Made by a program: the position numbers and the translations under genes | The notes under the pieces: model-generated | Databases searched by the model: none | What the model was told of the DNA's origin: nothing | Seen by the model: the letters and a program-made list of their open reading frames with translations, nothing else | Part shown: piece by piece, positions 9,659 to 16,667 of the stretch | How the letters are laid out: the number at the start of each line of letters is the position of its first letter | How positions within the stretch are numbered: position 1 is the first letter of the stretch | Origin: Candidatus Desulfarcum epimagneticum | GTDB taxonomy: Bacteria > Desulfobacterota > Desulfobacteria > Desulfobacterales > CR-1 | DNA: 64,000 nt | Assembly (NCBI GenBank): GCA_900659855.1 | Contig: CAACVI010000051.1 | Location: 17,781 to 81,780 of the forward strand | Direction of reading: 5' to 3'

Positions 9659-11074
9659 ATGGAAAACGATCAAAGACCCCGGGAGGCATGCGGTTTGTTC
9701 GGAATCGTCGGCCACCCGGAAGCGGCCAGGATGACCTATTTCGGATTGTACGCGCTTCAGCACAGGGGACAGGAAAGCGCGGGAATCGCCCTGGCCCGGG
9801 ATAGAAAAATCATTCATCACAAAGGCATGGGGCTGGTCCCCGATGTGTTTAAAATGCGGGATTTTGAAACCCTGGGCGGGGAGGTGGCCATCGGCCATGT
9901 CCGGTACTCCACCACCGGGGACTCCGTGGCGACCAACGCCCAGCCCTTTGTGATCCATTACAAACAGCGCTCCTACGCCGTGGCCCACAACGGAAACCTG
10001 GTCAACGCGCCGGATTTGAAGCGGGAGCTGGAGGAAAGCGGCTCTATTTTCCAGACCACCATGGACAGCGAGATATTCCTGCATCTGTTTGTGAAGAACT
10101 TGAATCTCGGTTTTGAACAGTCCATCATCCAGACCGTGTCCAAGCTCAAAGGGGCCTTTTCCTTTATCCTGCTCACATGCAAAGGCGAGATCATCGGCAT
10201 CAAGGACCCCCACGGTTTTCGGCCCCTTTGCATCGGAAAGCTCAACGGCCGCTATCTCCTGGCGTCCGAGTCCTGCGCCCTGGATCTGGTCCAGGCCGAG
10301 TTTGTGCGCGAGGTGGACCCCGGCGAGATCGTGATCATCAACCGGGACGGGATGAGAAGCATTCAGACCCAAAAGGCCCCGCCGGCGCCTCCGTCCTTCT
10401 GCATTTTCGAGCTGATCTACTTCGCCCGGCCCGACAGCGCCATGTGCGGGCGAAGCGTTTACCAGATTCGAAAATCCCACGGCCGCCGCCTGGCCCGGGA
10501 GGCCCCGGTCAAGGCCGATCTGGTGATGCCGTTTCCCGACTCCGGCACCTACGCGGCCCTGGGCTTTTCAGAAGAGTCCAAAATCCCCTTTGAAATGGGC
10601 ATGATCCGGAACCACTACGTGGGCCGGACCTTTATCCAGCCCACCCAGAGCATGAGGGATTTCGGGGTCCGGGTGAAGCTCAATCCCGTCAAGGAGCTGT
10701 TAAAGGGCAAGGACATCATCATCATTGAGGACTCCATTATCCGGGGCACCACGGCCAAGACCCGGGCCCAGGCGCTTCGGGAAATCGGCGTCAACCGCAT
10801 CCACATGCGCGTCAGCGCCCCGCCCCACCGCCATCCCTGCCATTACGGGATCGACTTCTCCACCCGGGGGGAGCTGGCGGCGGCGAGAATGAGCGTTCCC
10901 GAACTCAAGGATTACCTGGGCCTGGATTCCCTGGCCTACCTGAGCGTGGACGGCCTGGTGAAGTCCACGCCGGTTCAAAACGCGGACAAACAATTCTGCA
11001 AAGCCTGCTTTGACGGGCGCTACCCGGTGGAGTTCGATGAGAATCTCACCCGGGACTGTCTGGAGATTCGATAA
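9659..11074 (+). CDS. purF: amidophosphoribosyltransferase
   Basis: Start set at MENDQRPREACGLFGIVGH (Ntn Cys nucleophile). PRTase motif IIIEDSIIRGTT. Confidence 0.93.
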   Translation: MENDQRPREACGLFGIVGHPEAARMTYFGLYALQHRGQESAGIALARDRKIIHHKGMGLVPDVFKMRDFETLGGEVAIGHVRYSTTGDSVATNAQPFVIHYKQRSYAVAHNGNLVNAPDLKRELEESGSIFQTTMDSEIFLHLFVKNLNLGFEQSIIQTVSKLKGAFSFILLTCKGEIIGIKDPHGFRPLCIGKLNGRYLLASESCALDLVQAEFVREVDPGEIVIINRDGMRSIQTQKAPPAPPSFCIFELIYFARPDSAMCGRSVYQIRKSHGRRLAREAPVKADLVMPFPDSGTYAALGFSEESKIPFEMGMIRNHYVGRTFIQPTQSMRDFGVRVKLNPVKELLKGKDIIIIEDSIIRGTTAKTRAQALREIGVNRIHMRVSAPPHRHPCHYGIDFSTRGELAAARMSVPELKDYLGLDSLAYLSVDGLVKSTPVQNADKQFCKACFDGRYPVEFDENLTRDCLEIR

Positions 11075-12106
11075 ATGAAACTGGGTCTGATCGGCCTTCC
11101 CGGCTCCGGAAAATCCACCCTGTTTGAGGCCCTGACCGGCCGGGCGCCCGAGGCCCGCCTGAGGGGCGAGGACTCCCTGGCCGCGGTCAAGGCGCCGGAC
11201 AGCCGGGTGGACGCCCTGAGCCGGATATACGAGCCGGAAAAAACCATTTACGCCCGGGTCAACTACATGCTTCCGGGCAAATCCCAGGGCGCCGCGGACG
11301 CCTCGAAAACCGCCGATCTCATGGCCGGGATTCGGGACTGCGACGCGCTCATCCACGTGATTCGAAACCACGGGGGATTCGGCTTTGAACCCCCGGGCCC
11401 GGCCGCCGATTTCGCCGAGTGCGACCAGGAGCTGGCCCTGGCCGACCTCATCGTGGCGGAAAAGCGCATGGAGCGCCTTGCCCTGGACCGCAAACGGGGA
11501 AAACCCGTCAACGAGATTGAGCGGTCCCTTCTGGAAAAATCCCTTGTCCTTCTGGAAAAGGGCCTGCCCCTTCGCCGGGACCCTGGGATCGCCTTGGCCA
11601 AAGAGCTTCGGGGATTCGCGTTTTTGTCGGCCAAACCCATGCTGGCCCTGTTCAACAACGAGGACGGCGACCCTGACTCCCCGGACATGGGGGGCGATTT
11701 CCAGGAGGAGAGCGTGGCCATCAGCGGCAAGCTGGAGCAGGAGCTGGCCCAGATGTCCGACGAAGACGCCCGGGATTTTCTTAAGGAGTTCGACATATCC
11801 GAAACGGCCCGGGACCGGGTGATCGAACTCTCCTATCGCCTTTTGGGGCTCATTTCTTTTTTTACAGTGGGAAAAGACGAGGTCCGGGCCTGGACCGTCA
11901 AAGACGGGGACAGCGCCCTTGAGGCCGCCGGCGCCATTCACACCGACATCCAAAAAGGCTTTATCCGCGCCGAGGTCCTGTCCTGTGACGACCTCATGGA
12001 GGCCGGGTCATACGCCGAGGCGCAGAAAAAAGGCAAAACCCGGCTGGAGGGAAAGACTTACATAGTCAAGGACGGGGATATTGTTCATTTCCGATTCAAC
12101 GTCTGA
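11075..12106 (+). CDS. ychF: YchF/Obg-family GTPase/ATPase
   Basis: P-loop GLPGSGKST. C-terminal TGS-like YIVKDGDIVHFRFNV. Confidence 0.85.
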   Translation: MKLGLIGLPGSGKSTLFEALTGRAPEARLRGEDSLAAVKAPDSRVDALSRIYEPEKTIYARVNYMLPGKSQGAADASKTADLMAGIRDCDALIHVIRNHGGFGFEPPGPAADFAECDQELALADLIVAEKRMERLALDRKRGKPVNEIERSLLEKSLVLLEKGLPLRRDPGIALAKELRGFAFLSAKPMLALFNNEDGDPDSPDMGGDFQEESVAISGKLEQELAQMSDEDARDFLKEFDISETARDRVIELSYRLLGLISFFTVGKDEVRAWTVKDGDSALEAAGAIHTDIQKGFIRAEVLSCDDLMEAGSYAEAQKKGKTRLEGKTYIVKDGDIVHFRFNV

Positions 12107-12254
12107 CAGCATCGTAAAAAATCCGATCTACTGCGTTGCAGCGTTTATTTTTAATTGAGGCATACTAAAGTATTGCCTCAATTAAAAATAACCACTACGC
12201 CTTGTATATCGAATTTTTTACGACGCTGTCCCCTTATTTTTACGAGTTTATCAA
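12105..12254. repeat. modular intergenic palindromic repeat (IPR family), copy 1
   Basis: Terminal inverted repeats GACAGCATCGTAAAAAAT...ATTTTTTACGACGCTGTC. Central perfect hairpin TTAATTGAGGCA...TGCCTCAATTAA. 3' add-on module TTTTTACGAGTTTATCAA. Related copies at 17518, 25502, 26982, 29229 and 47876. Confidence 0.85.
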
Positions 12255-12261
12255 CCAACGT

Positions 12262-13254
12262 CTAAAATACTTCCTCTTTCAACATACAGCAGGCCACCCG
12301 TCGCAGGGGCGCGCCGTCCCGGTCGTATTCCAGGTTTTCGGGGCTGATGATTTTGTTCATCACGCACCCTTCCGGGATGTCCAGCAAAAAGAGGTCCCCT
12401 TCATGGACGGGGGGGCGCGCTTTCAGATCGTTTCCGTCAAACTCCATGGCGTGAATGGGAAAATCCTCGCACAGCGGGCACCGGTACACCCTTTTATTGG
12501 GAAACACAAAATAATTCTCGGCCACCCGCCCCGCGCATTCAAAGACCTCGCCGGGATCCAGAAACACCTTTGGATAGCAGGCCGGGATTCCCAGCCGGGC
12601 CGACTCCGCCGCCGCCTTTGGCGCCGCGTCCTGCCACTGTCTCCATGAGACCTGCCGGTCGGCGCCTTTTCCGGACGATGCCCTGCCCCGGACCCCCAAA
12701 AACTGGATGAAGAATTTCTCGATCCCCAGGTTCGCCGCCAGCTTCGGCATTCTTTCAAGCTCGTGGATGTTTTCCGCGCCCACCGTGTAGATCAGACTGG
12801 TGGAAAATCCCTTTGAAACCGCCTTTTTAATCCCGGCCACGCATTTTTCAAAAGACCCTTTTCCCCTTAACCGGTCATTGGTTTTTTCCGACGCGCCGTC
12901 CAGGCTGAAACTGATGAAATCCGCCTCCCCGGGCTGGATTTTAGACAGGATGTCGTGAAACAGGTACCCGTTGGTGTCGATGGTCACCGAATCAAAGCCC
13001 AGGCCCCTGGCCTTTTTCACCGCCAGATGCAGGTCCGGATGCAGGGTGGGCTCCCCGCCCAGAAATATCACGTTGGCGTTTTGGGCCCGGGCCGCGAAGG
13101 TCTCCAGCCAGGACTCGATGACGCCGATGGGAAGCGTGTCTTTCCCGTGCTGATCCCGGTTGATGTAGCAGCGCCGGCACGACAGGTTGCAGTCGGTGAG
13201 GATGTGAAAGAAAAGGTTGGCGGCGTTTTTTTCAAATGCGACGGTTTTTTTCAT
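12262..13254 (-). CDS. radical SAM protein with Cys-rich SPASM-like C-terminus
   Basis: CNLSCRRCY (CX3CX2C) near the N-terminus. C-terminal cysteines (CYPKV...ECAG...RCPLCEDF). Start chosen at MKKTVAF; the ORF could extend to 13326. Confidence 0.8.
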   Translation of the reverse strand: MKKTVAFEKNAANLFFHILTDCNLSCRRCYINRDQHGKDTLPIGVIESWLETFAARAQNANVIFLGGEPTLHPDLHLAVKKARGLGFDSVTIDTNGYLFHDILSKIQPGEADFISFSLDGASEKTNDRLRGKGSFEKCVAGIKKAVSKGFSTSLIYTVGAENIHELERMPKLAANLGIEKFFIQFLGVRGRASSGKGADRQVSWRQWQDAAPKAAAESARLGIPACYPKVFLDPGEVFECAGRVAENYFVFPNKRVYRCPLCEDFPIHAMEFDGNDLKARPPVHEGDLFLLDIPEGCVMNKIISPENLEYDRDGAPLRRVACCMLKEEVF

Positions 13255-13339
13255 TTTTTTTCGGGGATTTTTTTCATTTTTTTTGTTTGGGCCATTATAT
13301 AGCCCCAACCATGATGGGTTTGTCAAGAGATTTTGAAGA

Positions 13340-13929
13340 GCCGACGCGGCCGGGTTTTGCCTTGAATATGGCGATGGGATTGATTATAAGACAAATAATT
13401 GTGTGGCATGTTTTTTTGCGGGACATTTTGGATATGGATGGGATAATCCTCATCCATCGGCGCGGCATGGCGTGGATTTCGGCTGTAGGGGCGACCCTTG
13501 CGGTCGCCCTGGTTCCGTCGACCCGGAACGAAATTTTGGAAAAAAATGACCATAAATCCCGGGCACATTCGCCATGATGCCGGATCATATCAATGCGTTT
13601 GGGCCGCCCGTAGGGGCGAAAAAATTTTCGCCCCAATGAATCCACATCCGCATAAAATTGTGTTTGAATGTCGGGGGTTCGCCAGGATGGGCGGTTCTCG
13701 AACCGCCCCTACGGATGCCGGGGCAAAATATTTTTGGGTTGGGAATTTTGGATATGGGTGGGATGAATCCCCATCCATCGGCCCGGCATGGCGTGAATTT
13801 CTGCTGTAGGGGCGGTTCGCGAACCGCCCCCGTTCGGTTTGCCCCGAACGGAATTTTCGGGCAAAATGGAAATGGAACCGCGCCAGGGAAAACATTTCAA
13901 AAACACATCGACCTCATAACGGGAGGGGC
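13340..13929. repeat. REP/BIME cluster, left part (REP-A family hairpins GTAGGGGCG-N-CGCCCC)
   Basis: Hairpins at 13485-13510, 13610-13634, 13689-13712 (inverted, ...CCCCTAC) and 13806-13830. They are embedded in an iterated ~330-bp composite unit. Confidence 0.85.
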
Positions 13930-14499
13930 ATGGCGTTGGCATATCACCCGGAAAAACATCATCGCAGGTCTTTGCGTCTGAAGGCTTATGATTATTCAAA
14001 ATCCGGCGCCTATTTTGTGACAATATGCGCCCGCAATCGGGAATGTCTTTTCGGCGATATCACGGACGGGCGAATGGCACACAGCGATTCGGGCAGAATC
14101 GCATCGGAATCATGGCTGTGGATGGGCGATCAATACGGGCATGTGATTTTGGACGCATGGACCATTATGCCCAATCATATGCACGGCATTGTGTTCATTT
14201 CGGGGGGTAGGGGCGGTTCGCGAACCGCCCCTGTTTCGTCAACCGCCGCGCCTCGTTGCATCTTGCCGGTGAATCGCCGCAAACCGTTGGGGAGATTGAT
14301 CGGATCATTTAAAACCGTTTCAACCAAACGAATCAACCAGATGCGGGACACGCCCGGGGAAAAAATATGGCAGCGCAATTATTACGAACACATTATCCGG
14401 AATGACAAAGAATTGACCCGCGTTCGGGAATATATTGATCAGAATGTGTTAAAATGGGAATGGGACCGTGAAAATCCCCATTCCCGGGCGTTTTCTTGA
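13930..14499 (+). CDS. REP-associated tyrosine transposase (RAYT-1), IS200/IS605 TnpA-like (Y1 HUH)
   Basis: HUH motif MPNHMHGIV and Tyr motif [12 protein letters not shown]. Flanked by a forward REP (13806) and an inverted REP (14537). RBS GGGAGGGG upstream. Confidence 0.85.
   Translation: MALAYHPEKHHRRSLRLKAYDYSKSGAYFVTICARNRECLFGDITDGRMAHSDSGRIASESWLWMGDQYGHVILDAWTIMPNHMHGIVFISGGRGGSRTAPVSSTAAPRCILPVNRRKPLGRLIGSFKTVSTKRINQMRDTPGEKIWQRNYYEHIIRNDKELTRVREYIDQNVLKWEWDRENPHSRAFS
14207..14231 (+). repeat. REP-A hairpin inside the RAYT-1 ORF (in frame)
   Basis: GTAGGGGCGGTTCGCGAACCGCCCC is identical to the free REPs at 13806-13830 and 14653-14677. It is translated as GRGGSRTAP. Confidence 0.9.
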
Positions 14500-14976
14500 A
14501 TGGAATTGTGTTTGAATGGCGGGGGTTTGCCGAGAAGGGCGGTTCACGAACCGCCCCTACGGATGCCGGGGCAAAATGTTTTTGGGTTGGAATTTTTCGA
14601 TATTCGGGCGATAATACCCATCCATCGGCCCGGCATGGCGTGGATTTCGGCTGTAGGGGCGGTTCGCGAACCGCCCCTGTTTGGCCTGCCCCGAACGGAA
14701 TTTTTGAAAAAAAATGACCATAAACCCCAGGCACATTTTCCACGACGCCGAATTATATCCATGCGTTTGGGCCGCCCAAGGGGCGAAAAATTTTTCGCCC
14801 CTGCAATGGTTCCACATCCACATGGGGTTTTTATTTGAAGGTCGGGGTCCGCCGATAGGGGTGTTCACCGAACGCCCCTACGGATGCCGAGGCGGAATGT
14901 TTTTTTGCGGGGATTTTTGAATACTTGGGCGATAACGCCCATCTGTTGGCCCGGCGCGAATTTCGGCCGTAGGTGC
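14500..14976. repeat. REP/BIME cluster, middle part
   Basis: Hairpins at 14537-14560 (inverted), 14653-14677, 14778-14801 and 14857-14881 (inverted). A truncated left REP arm GTAGGTGC lies at 14969-14976. Confidence 0.85.
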
Positions 14977-15135
14977 ATTTTTTGGTTGGAGATATTTTCG
15001 GTTGAGGGTGTGCGGGGATTCAGCCAGTTCCTCACCCCGGATTTCCGCTATTTTGTGTTTTATTTCGTCCAGCCCAGAGTCGGCGGGCAAAAAAACCGTC
15101 CCCATTTCCCCTGAAATTCCATGGGGAGAGATACG

Positions 15136-15435
15136 TCAAGCCAAACGATTTTTCCATTTGTCAGGGCTTTGGGAAGTATGAAAGACACTGTATATGATTA
15201 TTTTCCCATCCATATGCTCGTAAAAGACCGCATATGGAAACCGCCTTGTCAATGCCCGACGGTAGTCTTTGTATATCTTGGCGTAAAGCCCGGGATTGCG
15301 GCAAATGGTCTGAACAACGGTATCCACACAGGTTAGAAAATCTTCACCCAAACCATGCCTGCGATCTTCATACCAACTGTATGCCTCATCAAGGTCCCGC
15401 AACGCCTCTGGAGCGATGATCGGCTCAGCGATCAT
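15136..15435 (-). CDS. ParE/RelE-family type II toxin
   Basis: 99 aa. EALRDLDEAYSWYEDRRHGLGEDF...RRFPYAVFYEHMDGKIIIYSVFH is typical of ParE/RelE plasmid-stabilisation toxins. It overlaps the upstream antitoxin gene by 11 nt. Confidence 0.8.
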   Translation of the reverse strand: MIAEPIIAPEALRDLDEAYSWYEDRRHGLGEDFLTCVDTVVQTICRNPGLYAKIYKDYRRALTRRFPYAVFYEHMDGKIIIYSVFHTSQSPDKWKNRLA

Positions 15436-15649
15436 AGCGGCTTCTGATTTTGCGTTTCACTTCATTCCATGAAAGCCCCGAAGCGGGCCTGCTCATCAGG
15501 TTCATTTTCCTGCGCGTCAACTCTTTCTTTTGCCAATCATGCACGGGAACATCCGATGGCGTCCCGGCCAGATCGTCCCACAGGTCTTCAACCAGCTGCA
15601 GCTTCTCCGGCGGGGTCAGGTCGAATATGGATATGTCATTTGTGTTCAT
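15425..15649 (-). CDS. addiction-module antitoxin (putative addiction module component type)
   Basis: 74 aa. LTPPEKLQLVEDLWDDL...W is the hallmark of the antitoxin family partnered with ParE/RelE toxins. Confidence 0.75.
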   Translation of the reverse strand: MNTNDISIFDLTPPEKLQLVEDLWDDLAGTPSDVPVHDWQKKELTRRKMNLMSRPASGLSWNEVKRKIRSRYDR

Positions 15650-15688
15650 TTGACGTTTCTCCTTTCATTATTCAAGGTCATGACAAAA

Positions 15689-15717
15689 ACAATATCAACG
15701 TCGGCAAAAATTGTCAA
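15689..15717 (-). promoter_or_regulatory. sigma-70-like promoter for the TA cassette (TTGACA-17-TATTGT on minus strand)
   Basis: Reverse complement reads TTGACAatttttgccgacgttgaTATTGT, about 40 nt upstream of the antitoxin ATG. Confidence 0.45.
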
Positions 15718-15754
15718 TTGCCGCGTGAATAAGCGCTGAATGTCTGAAATGTGT

Positions 15755-16100
15755 CCGCCCCTGTCTGGCCTGCCCGGAACGGAATTTTTGGGTAAAATGT
15801 TTTTGGGTTGAAATTTTTCGATATTCGGTCGATAATGCCCATCCATCGGCCCGGCATGGCGTGGATTTCGGCTGTAGGGGCGAAAAATTTTTCGCCCCTA
15901 CAATGGTTCCACATCCACGTGGGATTTTATTTGAAGGTCGGGGTCCGCCGACAGGGGCGTTCGCCGAACGCCCCTACGAATGCCAGGGCAAAATGTTTTT
16001 TGTTGGAAATTTTTGATAGGGCGGGATAATACCCATCCATCGGGTCGGCGCGGGGGTTCGCCGAAAAGGGCGGCCACAGGGGGCCGCCCCTGCAGGCCGT
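15755..16100. repeat. REP/BIME cluster, right part
   Basis: Begins with an orphan right REP arm CCGCCCCTGTCTGGCCTGCCCGGAACGG. Hairpins at 15874-15901 (GTAG on both sides), 15953-15977 (inverted) and 16068-16090. Confidence 0.85.
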
Positions 16101-16117
16101 CGCCCGGACCCCGAAAA

Positions 16118-16171
16118 CCCAACAAACCCAACAAACTCAAAAAACTCAACAAACTCAACAAACTCAAAAAA
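16118..16171 (+). repeat. six tandem 9-nt A/C-only units (CYCAAMAAA) forming the sodN leader
   Basis: cccaacaaa cccaacaaa ctcaaaaaa ctcaacaaa ctcaacaaa ctcaaaaaa, immediately followed by GGAGG (16173-16177) and the ATG at 16184. Confidence 0.9.
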
Positions 16172-16183
16172 AGGAGGACCCCC

Positions 16184-16648
16184 ATGACCCATGTGAAACC
16201 CATCATTTTGTCAATGGCCCTGGCCGTTTTGGGCTGGATGATGTTTGCGCCTCAAACCGTTTATTCCCACTGCCAGATCCCGTGCGGCATCTATGACGAT
16301 CACCATCGGGTCCAGGGCATGCTGGAGGACGCCGTCACGGTGGAGAAATCCGTGAGATTGATTTCGCGGCTGGCCGCCCAATCCGACGCCCAGTCTCAGA
16401 ACCAGCGGGTCCGCTGGGTGATGAACAAGGAGGCGCACGCCCAGAACATCATCGCGACCGTCAGCGATTATTTTTTGACCCAGCGGGTGAAGGCCGCCCA
16501 GAAGGATTATGTCCGGCGGCTCAAAGACCACCACGCCGTGATCGTGGCGGCCATGAAGGCCAAACAAAGCGCGGATTTGAAGCACGCCCGGGATTTGAAA
16601 AAAACCATTGAGGCTCTTTTGGGCTATTATCCCAAAGAGACCCATTAG
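16184..16648 (+). CDS. sodN: nickel superoxide dismutase precursor
   Basis: HCQIPCGIYDD matches the NiSOD Ni-hook (HCxxPCGxY). It is preceded by a 28-aa hydrophobic presequence MTHVKPIILSMALAVLGWMMFAPQTVYS. Strong RBS. Confidence 0.85.
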   Translation: MTHVKPIILSMALAVLGWMMFAPQTVYSHCQIPCGIYDDHHRVQGMLEDAVTVEKSVRLISRLAAQSDAQSQNQRVRWVMNKEAHAQNIIATVSDYFLTQRVKAAQKDYVRRLKDHHAVIVAAMKAKQSADLKHARDLKKTIEALLGYYPKETH

Positions 16649-16667
16649 GCCATCAGGAGACACGGAT

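Noticed and set aside
10700-11953. 417-aa minus-strand ORF, with similar long antisense ORFs at 4390-5277, 16211-16807, 33565-34272, 41692-42693, 43770-44618, 25002-25742 and 40697-41701
   Set aside because: Each lies opposite a confidently identified gene (purF/ychF, ispD, sodN, CoA ligase, psd, leuB, the DUF360 gene, lon/tsaB) and has low-complexity Arg/Gly/Pro-rich translations.
13294-13326. Minus-strand promoter for the radical SAM gene (TTGACA ... TATAAT/TATATA)
   Set aside because: The hexamers are good but the spacer is 19-21 nt depending on the -10 choice. This is too uncertain to call as a feature.
13403-13420. Sigma-54-like TGGCAT-N-TTTGC motif
   Set aside because: The GG-to-GC spacing is one nucleotide longer than the canonical TGGCAC-N5-TTGC geometry. 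The motif is also part of the repeated unit, with degenerate versions at 14891.
13295-15114. Numerous 60-116-aa ORFs in both strands of the REP cluster (e.g. 13498-13809, 14500-14838, 14557-14868)
   Set aside because: They are translations of repeat units (recurrent GGSRTAPT/AVREPPL peptides from the hairpins). They overlap each other in several frames and lack RBS or start context.
13340-16100. Possible CRISPR array because of many regularly recurring palindromes
   Set aside because: The repeats are of several different types and lengths, occur in both orientations, and the sequences between them are themselves repeated. There are no cas genes. The pattern fits REP/BIME elements with a RAYT.
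15980-16183. Upstream extension of the sodN ORF (222-aa version)
   Set aside because: The extension translates a REP hairpin and the A/C 9-nt repeats (KPNKPNKLKKLNKLNKLKK). A strong GGAGG-ATG at 16184 gives a canonical presequence.
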